NCBI GenBank assembly: GCA_039683575.1 | Contig: JBDKRC010000255.1 | Location: 1-36,159 of the forward strand | Source: Armatimonadia bacterium | GTDB lineage: Bacteria > Armatimonadota > Zipacnadia > Zipacnadales > UBA11051 | Length of the DNA: 36,159 nucleotides | Direction: 5' to 3' | Part shown: positions 17,945 through 27,406 of the stretch, one piece after another | Numbering within the stretch: the stretch's first letter is position 1 | Layout: the number at the start of each line of letters is the position of its first letter | Made by a program: the position numbers and the translations under genes | The notes under the pieces: model-generated | Told to the model about the DNA's origin: nothing | What the model saw: only the letters and a program-made list of their open reading frames with translations | The model's database searches: none

Positions 17945-18561
17945 TCGCGGAAATCGGCCATCTCACCAGCGCTCGCCCTGCCAGTACGGGGCGGAACCTG
18001 GTCGTGCACGCCCCTGTGCTCGCCGCGCAAGCCGCGTTGGGCGACAGCATCGCGATCAACGGCATCTGCCTGACCGTTACCAGCCTCACCGGCGACAGCT
18101 ACACCTGTCACGCCGGTGTTGAGACTCTGTCTCGCACCACCGCCGGCGACTGGCAGCCGGGCCTGGCGGTCAATCTCGAACCAGCCCTGCGCGTCGGAGA
18201 CCATCTCGGCGGGCATTTCGTCCAGGGCCACGTGGACTGCGTTGGCGCCTGCACCGGTCGCCGCACCGTCGGCGAGAGCGTCCTGTTCGACTTCACTTTG
18301 CCTCCCGAGCAGGCAACCTATCTCGTCGAAAAGGGCAGCGTCGCCATCGACGGCATCAGCCTGACTGTCACCCGCGCCGGCGACAGCGACTTCGGCGTTG
18401 CCATCATCCCGCATACCCTGGCCGAGACCACTCTGGCTGACCTGGCCCCCGGCCGCAAGGTCAATATCGAAGTAGACATTCTCTCAAAGTACGTCCGCCG
18501 CGCCATGGGGCTCGAGCCAAGGGGCATCACCCCCGAGTTCCTCGCCCAGCACGGCTTCTAA
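17929..18561 (+). CDS. ribE: Riboflavin synthase (alpha chain)
   Basis: MFTGL start, GDSIAINGICLTV, GGHFVQGHVD, KGSVAIDGISLTV. Confidence 0.97.
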   Translation: MFTGLVAEIGHLTSARPASTGRNLVVHAPVLAAQAALGDSIAINGICLTVTSLTGDSYTCHAGVETLSRTTAGDWQPGLAVNLEPALRVGDHLGGHFVQGHVDCVGACTGRRTVGESVLFDFTLPPEQATYLVEKGSVAIDGISLTVTRAGDSDFGVAIIPHTLAETTLADLAPGRKVNIEVDILSKYVRRAMGLEPRGITPEFLAQHGF

Positions 18562-18573
18562 GCCTCTCTGGAG

Positions 18574-18608
18574 GGGCCGAATGCGCAGTCGCATCGCGCA
18601 TCCGGCCC
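18574..18608 (+). other. Intercistronic hairpin between ribE and ribBA
   Basis: GGGCCG-a-ATGCGC...GCGCAT-c-CGGCCC. Confidence 0.45.
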
Positions 18609-18634
18609 GCTCTTGAGCGATAGCCATAATCATC

Positions 18635-19873
18635 ATGCAAACTGACTTCGATCAAATCATCCAGACTCTTCAATCCGGCGGCTTTGTCATCGTCCTCGAC
18701 GACGAAGACCCCTCCACCACCGGCGACCTCGTGCTGCCTGCCGGTGCGGCCACGCCCGAACGCCTGAATTTCATGATGCAGCAGGCGCGCGGCACCATGG
18801 TTGTCGCCATGACAGGCGAGCGCCTCGAAGCCCTCGACCTCGCTCCGCTCCCCGGCGACACCGATCAGGACCACGCGGCCCTGACCGTCCCCGTGGATGC
18901 CCGCTACGGTGGCGACGACAGCGCCGTCGGCAAGGCCGCCACCATCGCCGCGCTCATCAACCCGGAGACCCACCCGCGCGATCTCATCCGCCCCGGCCAT
19001 GTCTTCCCGGCCCGCGCCGTACCCGGTGGCGTCCTAGTCCGTGCCAGCCACACCGAGGCCGCCATCGACCTCATGCGCCTTGCCGGCCTCTACGAAGCGG
19101 GCGTCATCTCTCGGATTCTCACGGCCTCCGGCCAGGCTGCCAACCTTGAGGACCTGCAGAGCTTCGCTGCCGAGTATGACTTCCCGGTGCTCTCCATCGC
19201 CGACCTCATCCGCCTGCGCCGCCGCAGCGAACGCCTCGTGACCCGTCAGGCCCAGGCGCACCTGCCCACGGTCTTCGGCGACTTCGAGATCATGATCTAT
19301 ACCTCCGTCCTCGACGGCACCGACTACGTCGCCGTAGTCAAGGGCGATCCGGCCACCTGCGAGGCCCCGCTGGTCCGCGTCCACTCCGGCTGCGTGACCG
19401 GCGACATCCTCGGCTCAGCCAAGTGCGACTGCGGCTGGCAGCTCGCGGCCGCTCTCTCCAAGATCGAAGCCGAGGGCTGTGGCGTGGTAGTCTACATCGC
19501 TTCCCACGAGGGCCGAGGCATTGGTCTGGCGAACAAGATCAAGGCCTATCACCTGCAGGAGTGCGGTCTGGACACCGTAGAAGCCAACGAGGCCCTGGGC
19601 TTCCCGCCCGACCTGCGCGACTACGGCATGGGCGCCCAGGTCCTGGCCGACCTCGGCGTCACCAAGATGCGTCTGATGACCAACAATCCCAAGAAGTTCA
19701 CCGCCCTGACCGGCCACGGGCTGCAGGTTGTCGAGCGCGTACCGCTGGAGGGCCCGGCAAACGTCCACAATTTGCGTTACATGCTCACCAAACGCGACCG
19801 CATGGGGCATCTGCTGGAGGCCTGTGAGCTGAATGCTGAGGAACCAGAGCAGGAGAAAGGCGAAGCAGATTAG
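18635..19873 (+). CDS. ribBA: RibBA fusion: degenerate DHBP synthase domain plus apparently intact GTP cyclohydrolase II
   Basis: The C-half has RVHSGC..GD..S.KCDCG, EGRGIGL.NK.KAY, D.RDYG and MTNNP.K. The N-half keeps RPGHVFP and HTE but lacks RENEGD. Confidence 0.92.
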   Translation: MQTDFDQIIQTLQSGGFVIVLDDEDPSTTGDLVLPAGAATPERLNFMMQQARGTMVVAMTGERLEALDLAPLPGDTDQDHAALTVPVDARYGGDDSAVGKAATIAALINPETHPRDLIRPGHVFPARAVPGGVLVRASHTEAAIDLMRLAGLYEAGVISRILTASGQAANLEDLQSFAAEYDFPVLSIADLIRLRRRSERLVTRQAQAHLPTVFGDFEIMIYTSVLDGTDYVAVVKGDPATCEAPLVRVHSGCVTGDILGSAKCDCGWQLAAALSKIEAEGCGVVVYIASHEGRGIGLANKIKAYHLQECGLDTVEANEALGFPPDLRDYGMGAQVLADLGVTKMRLMTNNPKKFTALTGHGLQVVERVPLEGPANVHNLRYMLTKRDRMGHLLEACELNAEEPEQEKGEAD

Positions 19874-19945
19874 CTTCCCTCGCAGACACAACAACATCAC
19901 CTTCGCCGGACACAACACCCCCGGCACAAGCTTGAGGAGATCAAC

Positions 19946-20407
19946 ATGGCCAACTACGAGGGCAATTTCGACGCCACCGGACTGAAGTTCGCGATCGTCA
20001 CGAGCCGGTTCAATGACTTCATCACGCGCCGCCTGCTTGACGGCGCCCATGACGCAATCGTCCGCCACGGCGGCGATCTGGCGAACGTGGACAACCTCTG
20101 GGTCCCCGGTGCCTTCGAGATCCCACTCGTCGCCAAGAAGCTTGCCGAAACCGGCAAGTATGACGCCGTCATCTGCATCGGCGCCGTCATTCGCGGTGGC
20201 ACTGCCCACTTCGACTTCGTCGCGGGCGAGTGCGCCAAGGGCATCGGTCAGGCCAGTTTGCAGACCGGTGTGCCGATCATCTTCGGCGTCGTGACCACTG
20301 ACACCATCGAGCAGGCTATCGAGCGCGCCGGCGTCAAGCTCTCGAACCGTGGCGCCGAAGCTGCGGTAAGCGCCATAGAGATGGCGAATCTCCTCAAGTC
20401 GCTCTGA
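19946..20407 (+). CDS. ribH: 6,7-dimethyl-8-ribityllumazine synthase
   Basis: [47 protein letters not shown]. Confidence 0.97.
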   Translation: MANYEGNFDATGLKFAIVTSRFNDFITRRLLDGAHDAIVRHGGDLANVDNLWVPGAFEIPLVAKKLAETGKYDAVICIGAVIRGGTAHFDFVAGECAKGIGQASLQTGVPIIFGVVTTDTIEQAIERAGVKLSNRGAEAAVSAIEMANLLKSL

Positions 20408-20413
20408 GGCTGT

Positions 20414-20448
20414 CCGACTGACAACTGAGAACTGGAAACTGAGGACTG
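20414..20448. repeat. Five tandem imperfect heptamers NNNACTG
   Basis: CCGACTG ACAACTG AGAACTG GAAACTG AGGACTG. Confidence 0.75.
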
Positions 20449-20450
20449 AC

Positions 20451-21584
20451 ATGACCAGACCATCAATGAGCCCGGGTTTGCTGCTGCTACTCGCCGCCGT
20501 TTTTGGCATCGTCGGCGGCCTCGCTGGCGGCTATATCATGCTCCAGCGCCGACCGCCGCTACCGCCCACCACTCAGCCCCAGGTCGTGTGCCCGCCCTCA
20601 CGGCTTGAGGTCTCAAACGACAGCAACGCCATCGTGAACGCCGTGAAGAAGGCGGGTGACTCGGTCGTCAAGGTCATCGCTGCCCAGGCCGCCCCGCCTA
20701 ACATCATGGACTACCTCTTCGGCGGCGGCGGCGACCAGCAACCCCAGGTCGCTATCGGCTCCGGCTTCATCTTCAACTATGAAGGCCGCCAGCTAGTGCT
20801 GACCAACGCCCACGTCGCAGACGGCGCCCGGCAGTTGGTGGTCAAGCTGGTGGATGGCCGCGAGATCCAGGGGCGCCTCGCAGGCGGGGATCCTGCCTCA
20901 GACATCGCTGCCATCGAGCTCGTCAATCCCCCGGCCAACCTCAAGAGCGCCACTCTCGGCGACAGCGACGCCCTGCAGGTTGGCGAGTGGGTCATCGCTA
21001 TCGGCAATCCCTACGACTACGAGCACACCGTCACCGTTGGCGTCGTCAGCGCCATGGGCTACCGCGCCGTCGGGCGGGACCGCTTCCAGAACGTGATCCA
21101 GACCGATGCCGCCATCAACAGCGGCAACAGCGGCGGGCCGCTCGTCAACGTGGCCGGTGAGGTAGTCGGCATCAACTACCGCATCTTCTCGCCCACGGGC
21201 TCTACAGTGGGCATCGGCTTTGCCATCCCGATCAACTCCGCCAAGCGCATGCTGTACTTCCTGTCCAATGGCGGCCCCTGGATCGGTGAGGGCGACGTCG
21301 TCACCAACAATGTTGGGCTGGCCCGCTATCTGGGCCTCTCCACCCAGAAGGGCGTCCTGGTCGTTGACCCCGTCCACGGCGGCCCGGCGCAGAAGGCTGG
21401 CCTCCGTCCCCGCGACGTGGTCCTGAGGGTGGGCAACACTGACATTGGCGGGAGCGACCAGTTCCGCGATGAGCTACTCAAGCACAAGATCGGCGAGACT
21501 GTGCTCCTGCTGGTCCAGCGCGGCGATCAGCAGTTCCAACTGCAGGTGGTGACCGGCCGCCATCCGGACTACCGAGCCAGATGA
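20451..21584 (+). CDS. htrA: HtrA/DegP-family serine protease with N-terminal TM anchor and one PDZ domain
   Basis: TNAHV, DIA and QTDAAINSGNSGGPL triad motifs; PDZ segment GPAQKAGLRPRDVVL. Confidence 0.92.
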   Translation: MTRPSMSPGLLLLLAAVFGIVGGLAGGYIMLQRRPPLPPTTQPQVVCPPSRLEVSNDSNAIVNAVKKAGDSVVKVIAAQAAPPNIMDYLFGGGGDQQPQVAIGSGFIFNYEGRQLVLTNAHVADGARQLVVKLVDGREIQGRLAGGDPASDIAAIELVNPPANLKSATLGDSDALQVGEWVIAIGNPYDYEHTVTVGVVSAMGYRAVGRDRFQNVIQTDAAINSGNSGGPLVNVAGEVVGINYRIFSPTGSTVGIGFAIPINSAKRMLYFLSNGGPWIGEGDVVTNNVGLARYLGLSTQKGVLVVDPVHGGPAQKAGLRPRDVVLRVGNTDIGGSDQFRDELLKHKIGETVLLLVQRGDQQFQLQVVTGRHPDYRAR

Positions 21585-21642
21585 TCTGCGCCCGCCAGTA
21601 GCAGGGCAGTAGTCTCCGGGCAGGCCCTTTCCGATGAACGAC

Positions 21643-21680
21643 GAACCCTCCGGTAGTACCCACTACCGGAGGGTTCTTTA
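21643..21680 (+). terminator. Intrinsic-terminator-like hairpin after htrA
   Basis: Perfect 15-bp stem GAACCCTCCGGTAGT-accc-ACTACCGGAGGGTTC followed by TTTAT. Confidence 0.75.
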
Positions 21681-23608
21681 TGTGTGCCATGGCCATACCA
21701 GCCGAACTAACCACCGCCAGCGAGTGGTTCCAAGAGCATTTCACCCCCGCCGCACCCCCGCCCCTCTCCCTGAAGTTCGACGGCGAGCCCGCCAGCCGCG
21801 CCGACGGGGCCTGGTCTCGCACCGGCGACGTCTTCACCTGGACCCATCCCTCAGGCCTTGTCCTAACCGTTGAGACCAGGGCTCTCGAAGGCTTCCCCTC
21901 GGTAGAATGGCTCGTGCACGTCGAAAACACCGCCTCCGAGCCCTCCCCCGTGCTCTCAGAGCTTCTCCCCCTCGACTGCGACTTCACCGGCGTCACCGGC
22001 CACTGCGTCCTGCACTGGGCCAAGGGCAGCGACTGCCAGATTGACGACTTCGCTCCTTGCCAGGCCGCCTTCTACAATCACCCCACCCTCACCCTGCAGT
22101 CCACGGGCGGTCGCTCATCCCAGGAGGCGCTTCCCTTCTTCAACCTCCAGTGGGGCGAGCAGGGCCTCATCGGCGCCGTCGGCTGGAGCGGCTCGTGGAA
22201 GCTCGACTTCCTCCGAGGAAAGGACAGCGTGCGCATCCGCGGGGGCATGCCCCGCACGAACCTGCGCCTCAACCCCGGCGAGCGCATCCGGCTGCCCCGC
22301 ATGTTGCTGCTCTTCTGGCAGGGCGAGCGCCTCCATGGCCACAACCTCCTGCGGCAGCTAATACTGCAGTATCACACGCCACGCCCGCAGGGACAGCTCC
22401 TGCAAGCCCCCGTCTGCAACGCCGTCTGGGGTGAGAACACCGCAGAGCAACAGATCGCCAAAGCCCGCTGGTGGGTGGACAACGACCTCCCCCTGGAGTA
22501 CTTCTGGATCGATGCGGGATGGTATGGTGACGGGAGGTTCAACGAGGCCTCCACGGTGTTCAACAGCGAGTGGGGGCAGCACGTTGGCAACTGGTGGCCG
22601 AACAAGGGCCCGTACCCGAACGGTCTCAAGCCCGTGGGCGATGCCCTCCGCGAGATGGGCCTGGGCTTCGTACTCTGGGTCGAGCCGGAGCGCGTCTTCA
22701 AGGACACCTACTTCACGCGCGAACACCCCGAGTGGCTGCTGGGCCCCGTCGGCAACAACTATCTCTTCAACCTCGGCCTACCCGAGGCGCGGCAGGCCAT
22801 GACGGACTTGCTCTCCAGCCTCATCAGCGAGGCGGGTGTCACCTGCTACCGGCAGGACTTCAACATGGCCGCCACGCCCTTCTGGGAGGCCGCCGACGCC
22901 CCCGATCGCGTGGGCATGAGCGAGATCCGCCACATCGAGGGCCTCTACCAGATGTGGGATGACCTGCTGGCCCGGCACGAGGGCCTCATCATCGACAACT
23001 GCTCCAGCGGCGGCCGGCGGATCGACCTTGAGACCATCTCCCGCTCCATCCCCCTGTGGCGCAGCGACTACCAGTGCTTCCCCGGCTTCGATCCCGTGGG
23101 GATGCAGGGACAGACGCACGGCCTCTCGCTCTGGGTGCCGCTCTCCGGCGGCTGCTGCGACGATCCCGATGAGTACTCGTTCACCAGTGCGCTCAGCCCG
23201 GCGATGATCCTCACCACCAACATCTTCGAGCGCGATCCCGTGGATTTCGCCCCGCCGGACTGGCTCCGCGACATGATGCATCGCCACCGCAGGATTCGCT
23301 CATGCTTCTACGGCGACTTCTACCCGCTGGTCGGGTTCAGCCTGGACAACGAGGATTGGGCAGCCTGGCAGTTCGACCGCCCCGACCTGGGTGAAGGTGT
23401 GGTCATCGCCCTGCGACGCCCCCAGAGCTCGCTGTCCGCCATCACGGTGCAGCTACATGGTCTCGAGGCTCAGGCGCGCTATGAACTGCAGGAGCTGGGG
23501 GATGGGGGAGGGGTAATGCAGGTGTCGGGCGCCGATCTCGCGTCGGGGCTGAACATCGAGATATCCGAGCGCCCCGGCCAGACGGTCATCACATACCGCC
23601 GCCTGTAG
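21680..23608 (+). CDS. Alpha-galactosidase, GH36 family
   Basis: WIDAGW, LWVEPE, HPEWL, YRQDFN (nucleophile), NCSSGGRR, WRSD (acid/base). Start at 21680 or 21689. Confidence 0.88.
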   Translation: MCAMAIPAELTTASEWFQEHFTPAAPPPLSLKFDGEPASRADGAWSRTGDVFTWTHPSGLVLTVETRALEGFPSVEWLVHVENTASEPSPVLSELLPLDCDFTGVTGHCVLHWAKGSDCQIDDFAPCQAAFYNHPTLTLQSTGGRSSQEALPFFNLQWGEQGLIGAVGWSGSWKLDFLRGKDSVRIRGGMPRTNLRLNPGERIRLPRMLLLFWQGERLHGHNLLRQLILQYHTPRPQGQLLQAPVCNAVWGENTAEQQIAKARWWVDNDLPLEYFWIDAGWYGDGRFNEASTVFNSEWGQHVGNWWPNKGPYPNGLKPVGDALREMGLGFVLWVEPERVFKDTYFTREHPEWLLGPVGNNYLFNLGLPEARQAMTDLLSSLISEAGVTCYRQDFNMAATPFWEAADAPDRVGMSEIRHIEGLYQMWDDLLARHEGLIIDNCSSGGRRIDLETISRSIPLWRSDYQCFPGFDPVGMQGQTHGLSLWVPLSGGCCDDPDEYSFTSALSPAMILTTNIFERDPVDFAPPDWLRDMMHRHRRIRSCFYGDFYPLVGFSLDNEDWAAWQFDRPDLGEGVVIALRRPQSSLSAITVQLHGLEAQARYELQELGDGGGVMQVSGADLASGLNIEISERPGQTVITYRRL

Positions 23609-23686
23609 GCTCACATGGTAATCACGAATCACGAAGGCTCTGTCCCGGTCACGAGACAGAGCCTTCAAGTGCTTATTAGGTCGCGG

Positions 23687-23947
23687 TCAGCGCGGCTCGA
23701 CGAAGAGCCTGATCGCCGTCCGCTCGGAACCATCGATTTCCACATCCACGAACGCCGGATAGCAGACCAGATCGATGCCCGAGGGGGCGAGGAAACCGCG
23801 CGCAATCGCCAGCGATTTGATCGCCTGGTTCAGTGCGCCCGCGCCGATGGTTTGCACCTCGGCTTTGCCGCTCTCCCGGATGGTCCCGGCGAGTGCGCCT
23901 GCGACCTTGTTGGGGTCAGAGGATGACTTGACCTTGAGTACGTTCAA
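23687..23947 (-). CDS. spoVS: SpoVS-family protein
   Basis: VLKVKSSSDPNKVAGALAG..IGAGALNQAIK..ARGFLAPSGIDL..PAF..IDGSERTAI; TTG start. Confidence 0.95.
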   Translation of the reverse strand: MNVLKVKSSSDPNKVAGALAGTIRESGKAEVQTIGAGALNQAIKSLAIARGFLAPSGIDLVCYPAFVDVEIDGSERTAIRLFVEPR

Positions 23948-24114
23948 CTGTGCTGCCCCCTTAGGCTGCGATGGTGATCGCCTGGGCCGCGCCCACGTCC
24001 CAGAGCGTCATGAGTGATAATGTGGCTACAGATACGATGATGACTGGTAAAACGATGAGTGCCTTCGGCCGGGACTACAGAAGATGGGTGAGACTTAACC
24101 CCGCTTCACAGTTG

Positions 24115-24924
24115 TCAAACTTCAACCAGGTCCGGGTTGCGGTCTGATATACGTAAGGATACTCTTTGTATATCCTTTGCCCCTCCCTTGTCAAGATCAA
24201 CCTCAACAACTACCGCCGATAGGACGGCTTCTCCACCCTTGGGAACCTCAAACCGTGCCGGCATCCCAGTGACAAACTTCCGCACAACGGTATTCCGATC
24301 CACCCCAATCACGGTGTTGATCGGGCCGGTCATCCCGCAGTCGGTGATATACGCCGTTCCGCCATCGAGAACCCGCTCATCGCACGTGCCCACATGGGTA
24401 TGAGTGCCGATGACCGCCGTTACCCGGCCGTCGAGGTAGTACCCCAGCGCCTGCTTCTCACTCGTGGCCTCCGCATGGAAGTCCACTATGGTCACATCCG
24501 CCCCCTTCAGGCGCTCCAGTTCCGCATCTGCCGTCCGAAACGGGCAGTCGGCAGGCTCCATGAACACTCGCCCGATGAGGTTGATGACACCGATGCCCGC
24601 CCCATTGGGCGCCTCGAATATCGCACTGCCGCGGCCAGGGTTCCCTGGCGGGAAATTCGCCGGGCGCAGGATCTGCGGGTACATCTCCAGCATCGTCGCT
24701 GCTTCCTTGGGAGCATATACATGGTTGCCGGTCGTCAGCACATCCGCGCCGGCGGCCAGCAGCTCATCGGCAGTCTTGGGCGTCACGCCATACCCGGCCG
24801 CCGCATTCTCTCCATTGATGATGACGAACTCGCAGCCATACTTCTTGACGATCTCGGGCACGCCAATCGCCACGGCTCGCCGCCCCGGACGCCCCACCAC
24901 ATCGCCCACGAACAGGATCTTCAA
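24115..24924 (-). CDS. ymdB: YmdB-like metallophosphoesterase (TIGR00282)
   Basis: GDVVGRPGR, NGENAAAG, GNH, DFHAEATSEK, GTHTHV, TDCGMTG. Confidence 0.95.
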   Translation of the reverse strand: MKILFVGDVVGRPGRRAVAIGVPEIVKKYGCEFVIINGENAAAGYGVTPKTADELLAAGADVLTTGNHVYAPKEAATMLEMYPQILRPANFPPGNPGRGSAIFEAPNGAGIGVINLIGRVFMEPADCPFRTADAELERLKGADVTIVDFHAEATSEKQALGYYLDGRVTAVIGTHTHVGTCDERVLDGGTAYITDCGMTGPINTVIGVDRNTVVRKFVTGMPARFEVPKGGEAVLSAVVVEVDLDKGGAKDIQRVSLRISDRNPDLVEV

Positions 24925-24963
24925 CGCAAACGCCTCTTTCTATGGTGCAACCAGAAACCAAAA

Positions 24964-25025
24964 GGGACGGGCATCATTGCTGGCCGCCTGGTCAAAACCT
25001 GGTGCGATACAATGACACCCATCCC
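24964..25025 (-). other. Long stem-loop between rny and ymdB
   Basis: Minus strand GGGATGGGTGTCATTG...CAATGATGCCCGTCCC forms 16 bp with three G-U pairs, followed by TTTT. Confidence 0.6.
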
Positions 25026-25054
25026 CATCTAACCGTCCATATTCTTACCGCAGT

Positions 25055-25082
25055 GGGACGACTCTCCAGAGCCCGACCCTAC
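25055..25082 (-). repeat. Degenerate GTAG REP-like palindrome right after the rny stop
   Basis: Minus strand GTAGGGTCGGGCTCT-gg-AGAGTCGTCCC. Confidence 0.45.
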
Positions 25083-26639
25083 CTACTTCGCGTACTCCAC
25101 TGCCCGCGTCTCGCGAATTACCGTCACTCGGATCTGCCCCGGATAGTCCATCTCGCTCTCAATCCGCTCCACCATGCTCTTGGCGATCCTGTGTGCTGTC
25201 AGATCATCAATGCGGTCCGGCTTGACGATCACGCGCACCTCGCGCCCGGCCTGGATGGCGTACACCTTGTCCACGCCCTCGAAGCTGTGGGCGATGTTTT
25301 CGAGTTCCTCGAGCCGCTTGAGGTACTTCTCGAGCGTCTCACGCCGGGCCCCTGGCCGCGACGCCGAAATGGCATCCGCTGCCTGCACCAGCGCCGCTTC
25401 GAGCGAGGTGATCTCAATCTCCTCGTGGTGGGCCAGAATGGCCTCTACCACGACCTGGTGCTCGCCGCGATTCTGCGCAATGTCTGCACCGATCTGGGCG
25501 TGGGAGCCATCCCGCTCGAAGTCCACGGCTTTGCCGAGGTCATGAAGCATCCCGGCCCGCCGCGCCACGCCAACCCGTCCGCCGAGTTCCCCGGCCATCG
25601 CTCCGGCCAGATGGGAGACCTCGATTGAGTGCTTGAGCACATTCTGCCCGTAGCTCGTGCGGAAGTTCAGCCGGCCCAGCAGGCGCATGATCTCCGGGTG
25701 CAGCCCCGAAACGCCAGTCTCGAAGGTGGCCTTCTCGGCCGCCTCCTTCATCCGCTCCTCGACGTTCTCGCGTGCCTTCTCGACCATCTCTTCGATGCGG
25801 CCGGGATGGATGCGCCCGTCGGTGAGGAGCCCTTCGAGGGCCACTCGCGCCGTTTCGCGCCGTACCGGGTCAAACCCTGAGAGTACGACTGCTTCCGGCG
25901 TGTCGTCCACGATCAGGTCAATGCCCGTAAGCTGTTCGAAAGCCCGGATATTGCGCCCCTCGCGGCCGATGATGCGGCCCTTCATTTCGTCGTTGGGCAG
26001 TGGCACGACCGAGACGGTCGTCTCGGTGGTCTGTTCCACGGCGCAACGCTGGATTGCCTGTCCAATGATCCACGAGGCCTTGCGACGGGCTTCTTCGCGG
26101 GCTTCCCGCTCTGCCCGGTCAATCGTCTGCGCCGTCTGCGCGGCGATATCGGCCTCGACCTCTTTCAGCAGCACTTCCCGCGCTTCCTGGGTCGTCAGGT
26201 GCGCCACATTCTCCAGTTCCTCACGCCGCTGCTCGATAAGCTCGTTGGCTTCTTGTTCTTTGGTCTCAAGTCCCCGCTCGCGCTCTTCCAGCTTCTGGGT
26301 GTGCCGGTCGAGCTCCCCCTTCTTGCGCTCCAGCGCGTCCTCGCGCTCTTCCACGCGCTTCTTGGCCCGGTCAATCTCCGTCCTTACGGCCTTGTTCTCT
26401 TTTTCCACCTCGGCCCGCAGCCGGATCGATTCTTCCTTGGCCGCCAGCTTCACTTCGCGCCGCTCGGCCTCTACTACCTTCTCCGCTTCCGACCGCAGCC
26501 GCTCCGCCTCATCTAGTTTTGACTGAATTAGCAGGTGCGCCCGCGCCGACTTCGCCGCGAAATACAACCATGCCGTTACTGCCGCCGTGAGACTGAGAAT
26601 GATTACAACTATCTGTAAGGGTGAGGACAATAGGTCCAC
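25083..26639 (-). CDS. rny: Ribonuclease Y
   Basis: N-terminal TM, coiled coil, KH ([15 protein letters not shown]), HD (LHDLGKA), [23 protein letters not shown]. Confidence 0.97.
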   Translation of the reverse strand: MDLLSSPLQIVVIILSLTAAVTAWLYFAAKSARAHLLIQSKLDEAERLRSEAEKVVEAERREVKLAAKEESIRLRAEVEKENKAVRTEIDRAKKRVEEREDALERKKGELDRHTQKLEERERGLETKEQEANELIEQRREELENVAHLTTQEAREVLLKEVEADIAAQTAQTIDRAEREAREEARRKASWIIGQAIQRCAVEQTTETTVSVVPLPNDEMKGRIIGREGRNIRAFEQLTGIDLIVDDTPEAVVLSGFDPVRRETARVALEGLLTDGRIHPGRIEEMVEKARENVEERMKEAAEKATFETGVSGLHPEIMRLLGRLNFRTSYGQNVLKHSIEVSHLAGAMAGELGGRVGVARRAGMLHDLGKAVDFERDGSHAQIGADIAQNRGEHQVVVEAILAHHEEIEITSLEAALVQAADAISASRPGARRETLEKYLKRLEELENIAHSFEGVDKVYAIQAGREVRVIVKPDRIDDLTAHRIAKSMVERIESEMDYPGQIRVTVIRETRAVEYAK

Positions 26640-26698
26640 CTCCGTGTTTGCCTCTATCTGAAAATCGACGTGCCGTTGCCGCGCCGCTCGGGAAAGAG

Positions 26699-27352
26699 CT
26701 ACTCGTCCTCAGAATCCCGCGCCGCCTCCAGCCCCTCCAGCGCTTCTGCGATGGCGTCACTGCCAAAACCGCGACGCGCCAGGAAGGCATATAGCCTGCC
26801 CCGTCGCTGCGGCCATGGCACCTTCTGCATCGTCGCCTCCCGCCGCTCGGCCAACTCCCGGGCCAGCTCGGTTTCGTTGAGCTCTTCGGTTTGCTGTGCC
26901 TGCAGCTTCTGGATCACGTCCTTGGGCACGCCCTCCTGGGCGAGCTTCCAGGCGATCCCCTGGGCTCCGAGCTTGCGCTGTGCTAGCGCCTGCCATCGCT
27001 GCTGTGCATACTGCTCGTCGTCAAGGTACTTGCGATCCGCCAGCCAGTTCAGCGTCTGCTCCACGGCCGTTTCGGGCAACCCTCGCGACGACAATCGTCG
27101 CCGCAGGTCCGCCCGTGTGAGCGCCCGTCTCCCGAGCGCCCGGACCGCCGCGGTGCGTGCTTCCTGCAGCGCCGCTGCCTGTCGAATCTCATCCTGCTGG
27201 TCTGGCAAGAGGCTCTGCCCGACCCTCAGGCCCGTCTGGTCAACAAATGCTTTGGGTAGATCCAGGACACATTGGCCATCCACAAAGATGGCCCGCCGCC
27301 CCCGCTTGCTACTCTCCACCGCTGTGATGATGTTTTCCCCGGTCACCCTCAC
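26699..27352 (-). CDS. recX: Regulatory protein RecX
   Basis: YLDDEQYA, G...[10 protein letters not shown] and [10 protein letters not shown]; directly downstream of recA. Confidence 0.88.
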   Translation of the reverse strand: MRVTGENIITAVESSKRGRRAIFVDGQCVLDLPKAFVDQTGLRVGQSLLPDQQDEIRQAAALQEARTAAVRALGRRALTRADLRRRLSSRGLPETAVEQTLNWLADRKYLDDEQYAQQRWQALAQRKLGAQGIAWKLAQEGVPKDVIQKLQAQQTEELNETELARELAERREATMQKVPWPQRRGRLYAFLARRGFGSDAIAEALEGLEAARDSEDE

Positions 27353-27406
27353 CCCCTCCCGCGGCTGCCGGTGTCAGCACCATTGCTGTACACTAACATG
27401 CCATTA

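Noticed and set aside
20414-20448. Tandem repeats as a CRISPR array
   Set aside because: 7-nt units without spacers; no cas genes in the window.
23948-24114. Possible ZTP riboswitch (CGCCTGGGC) or internal promoter upstream of spoVS
   Set aside because: The motif is on the wrong strand with elements out of order; the TTGACA at 24113-24118 lacks a properly spaced -10.
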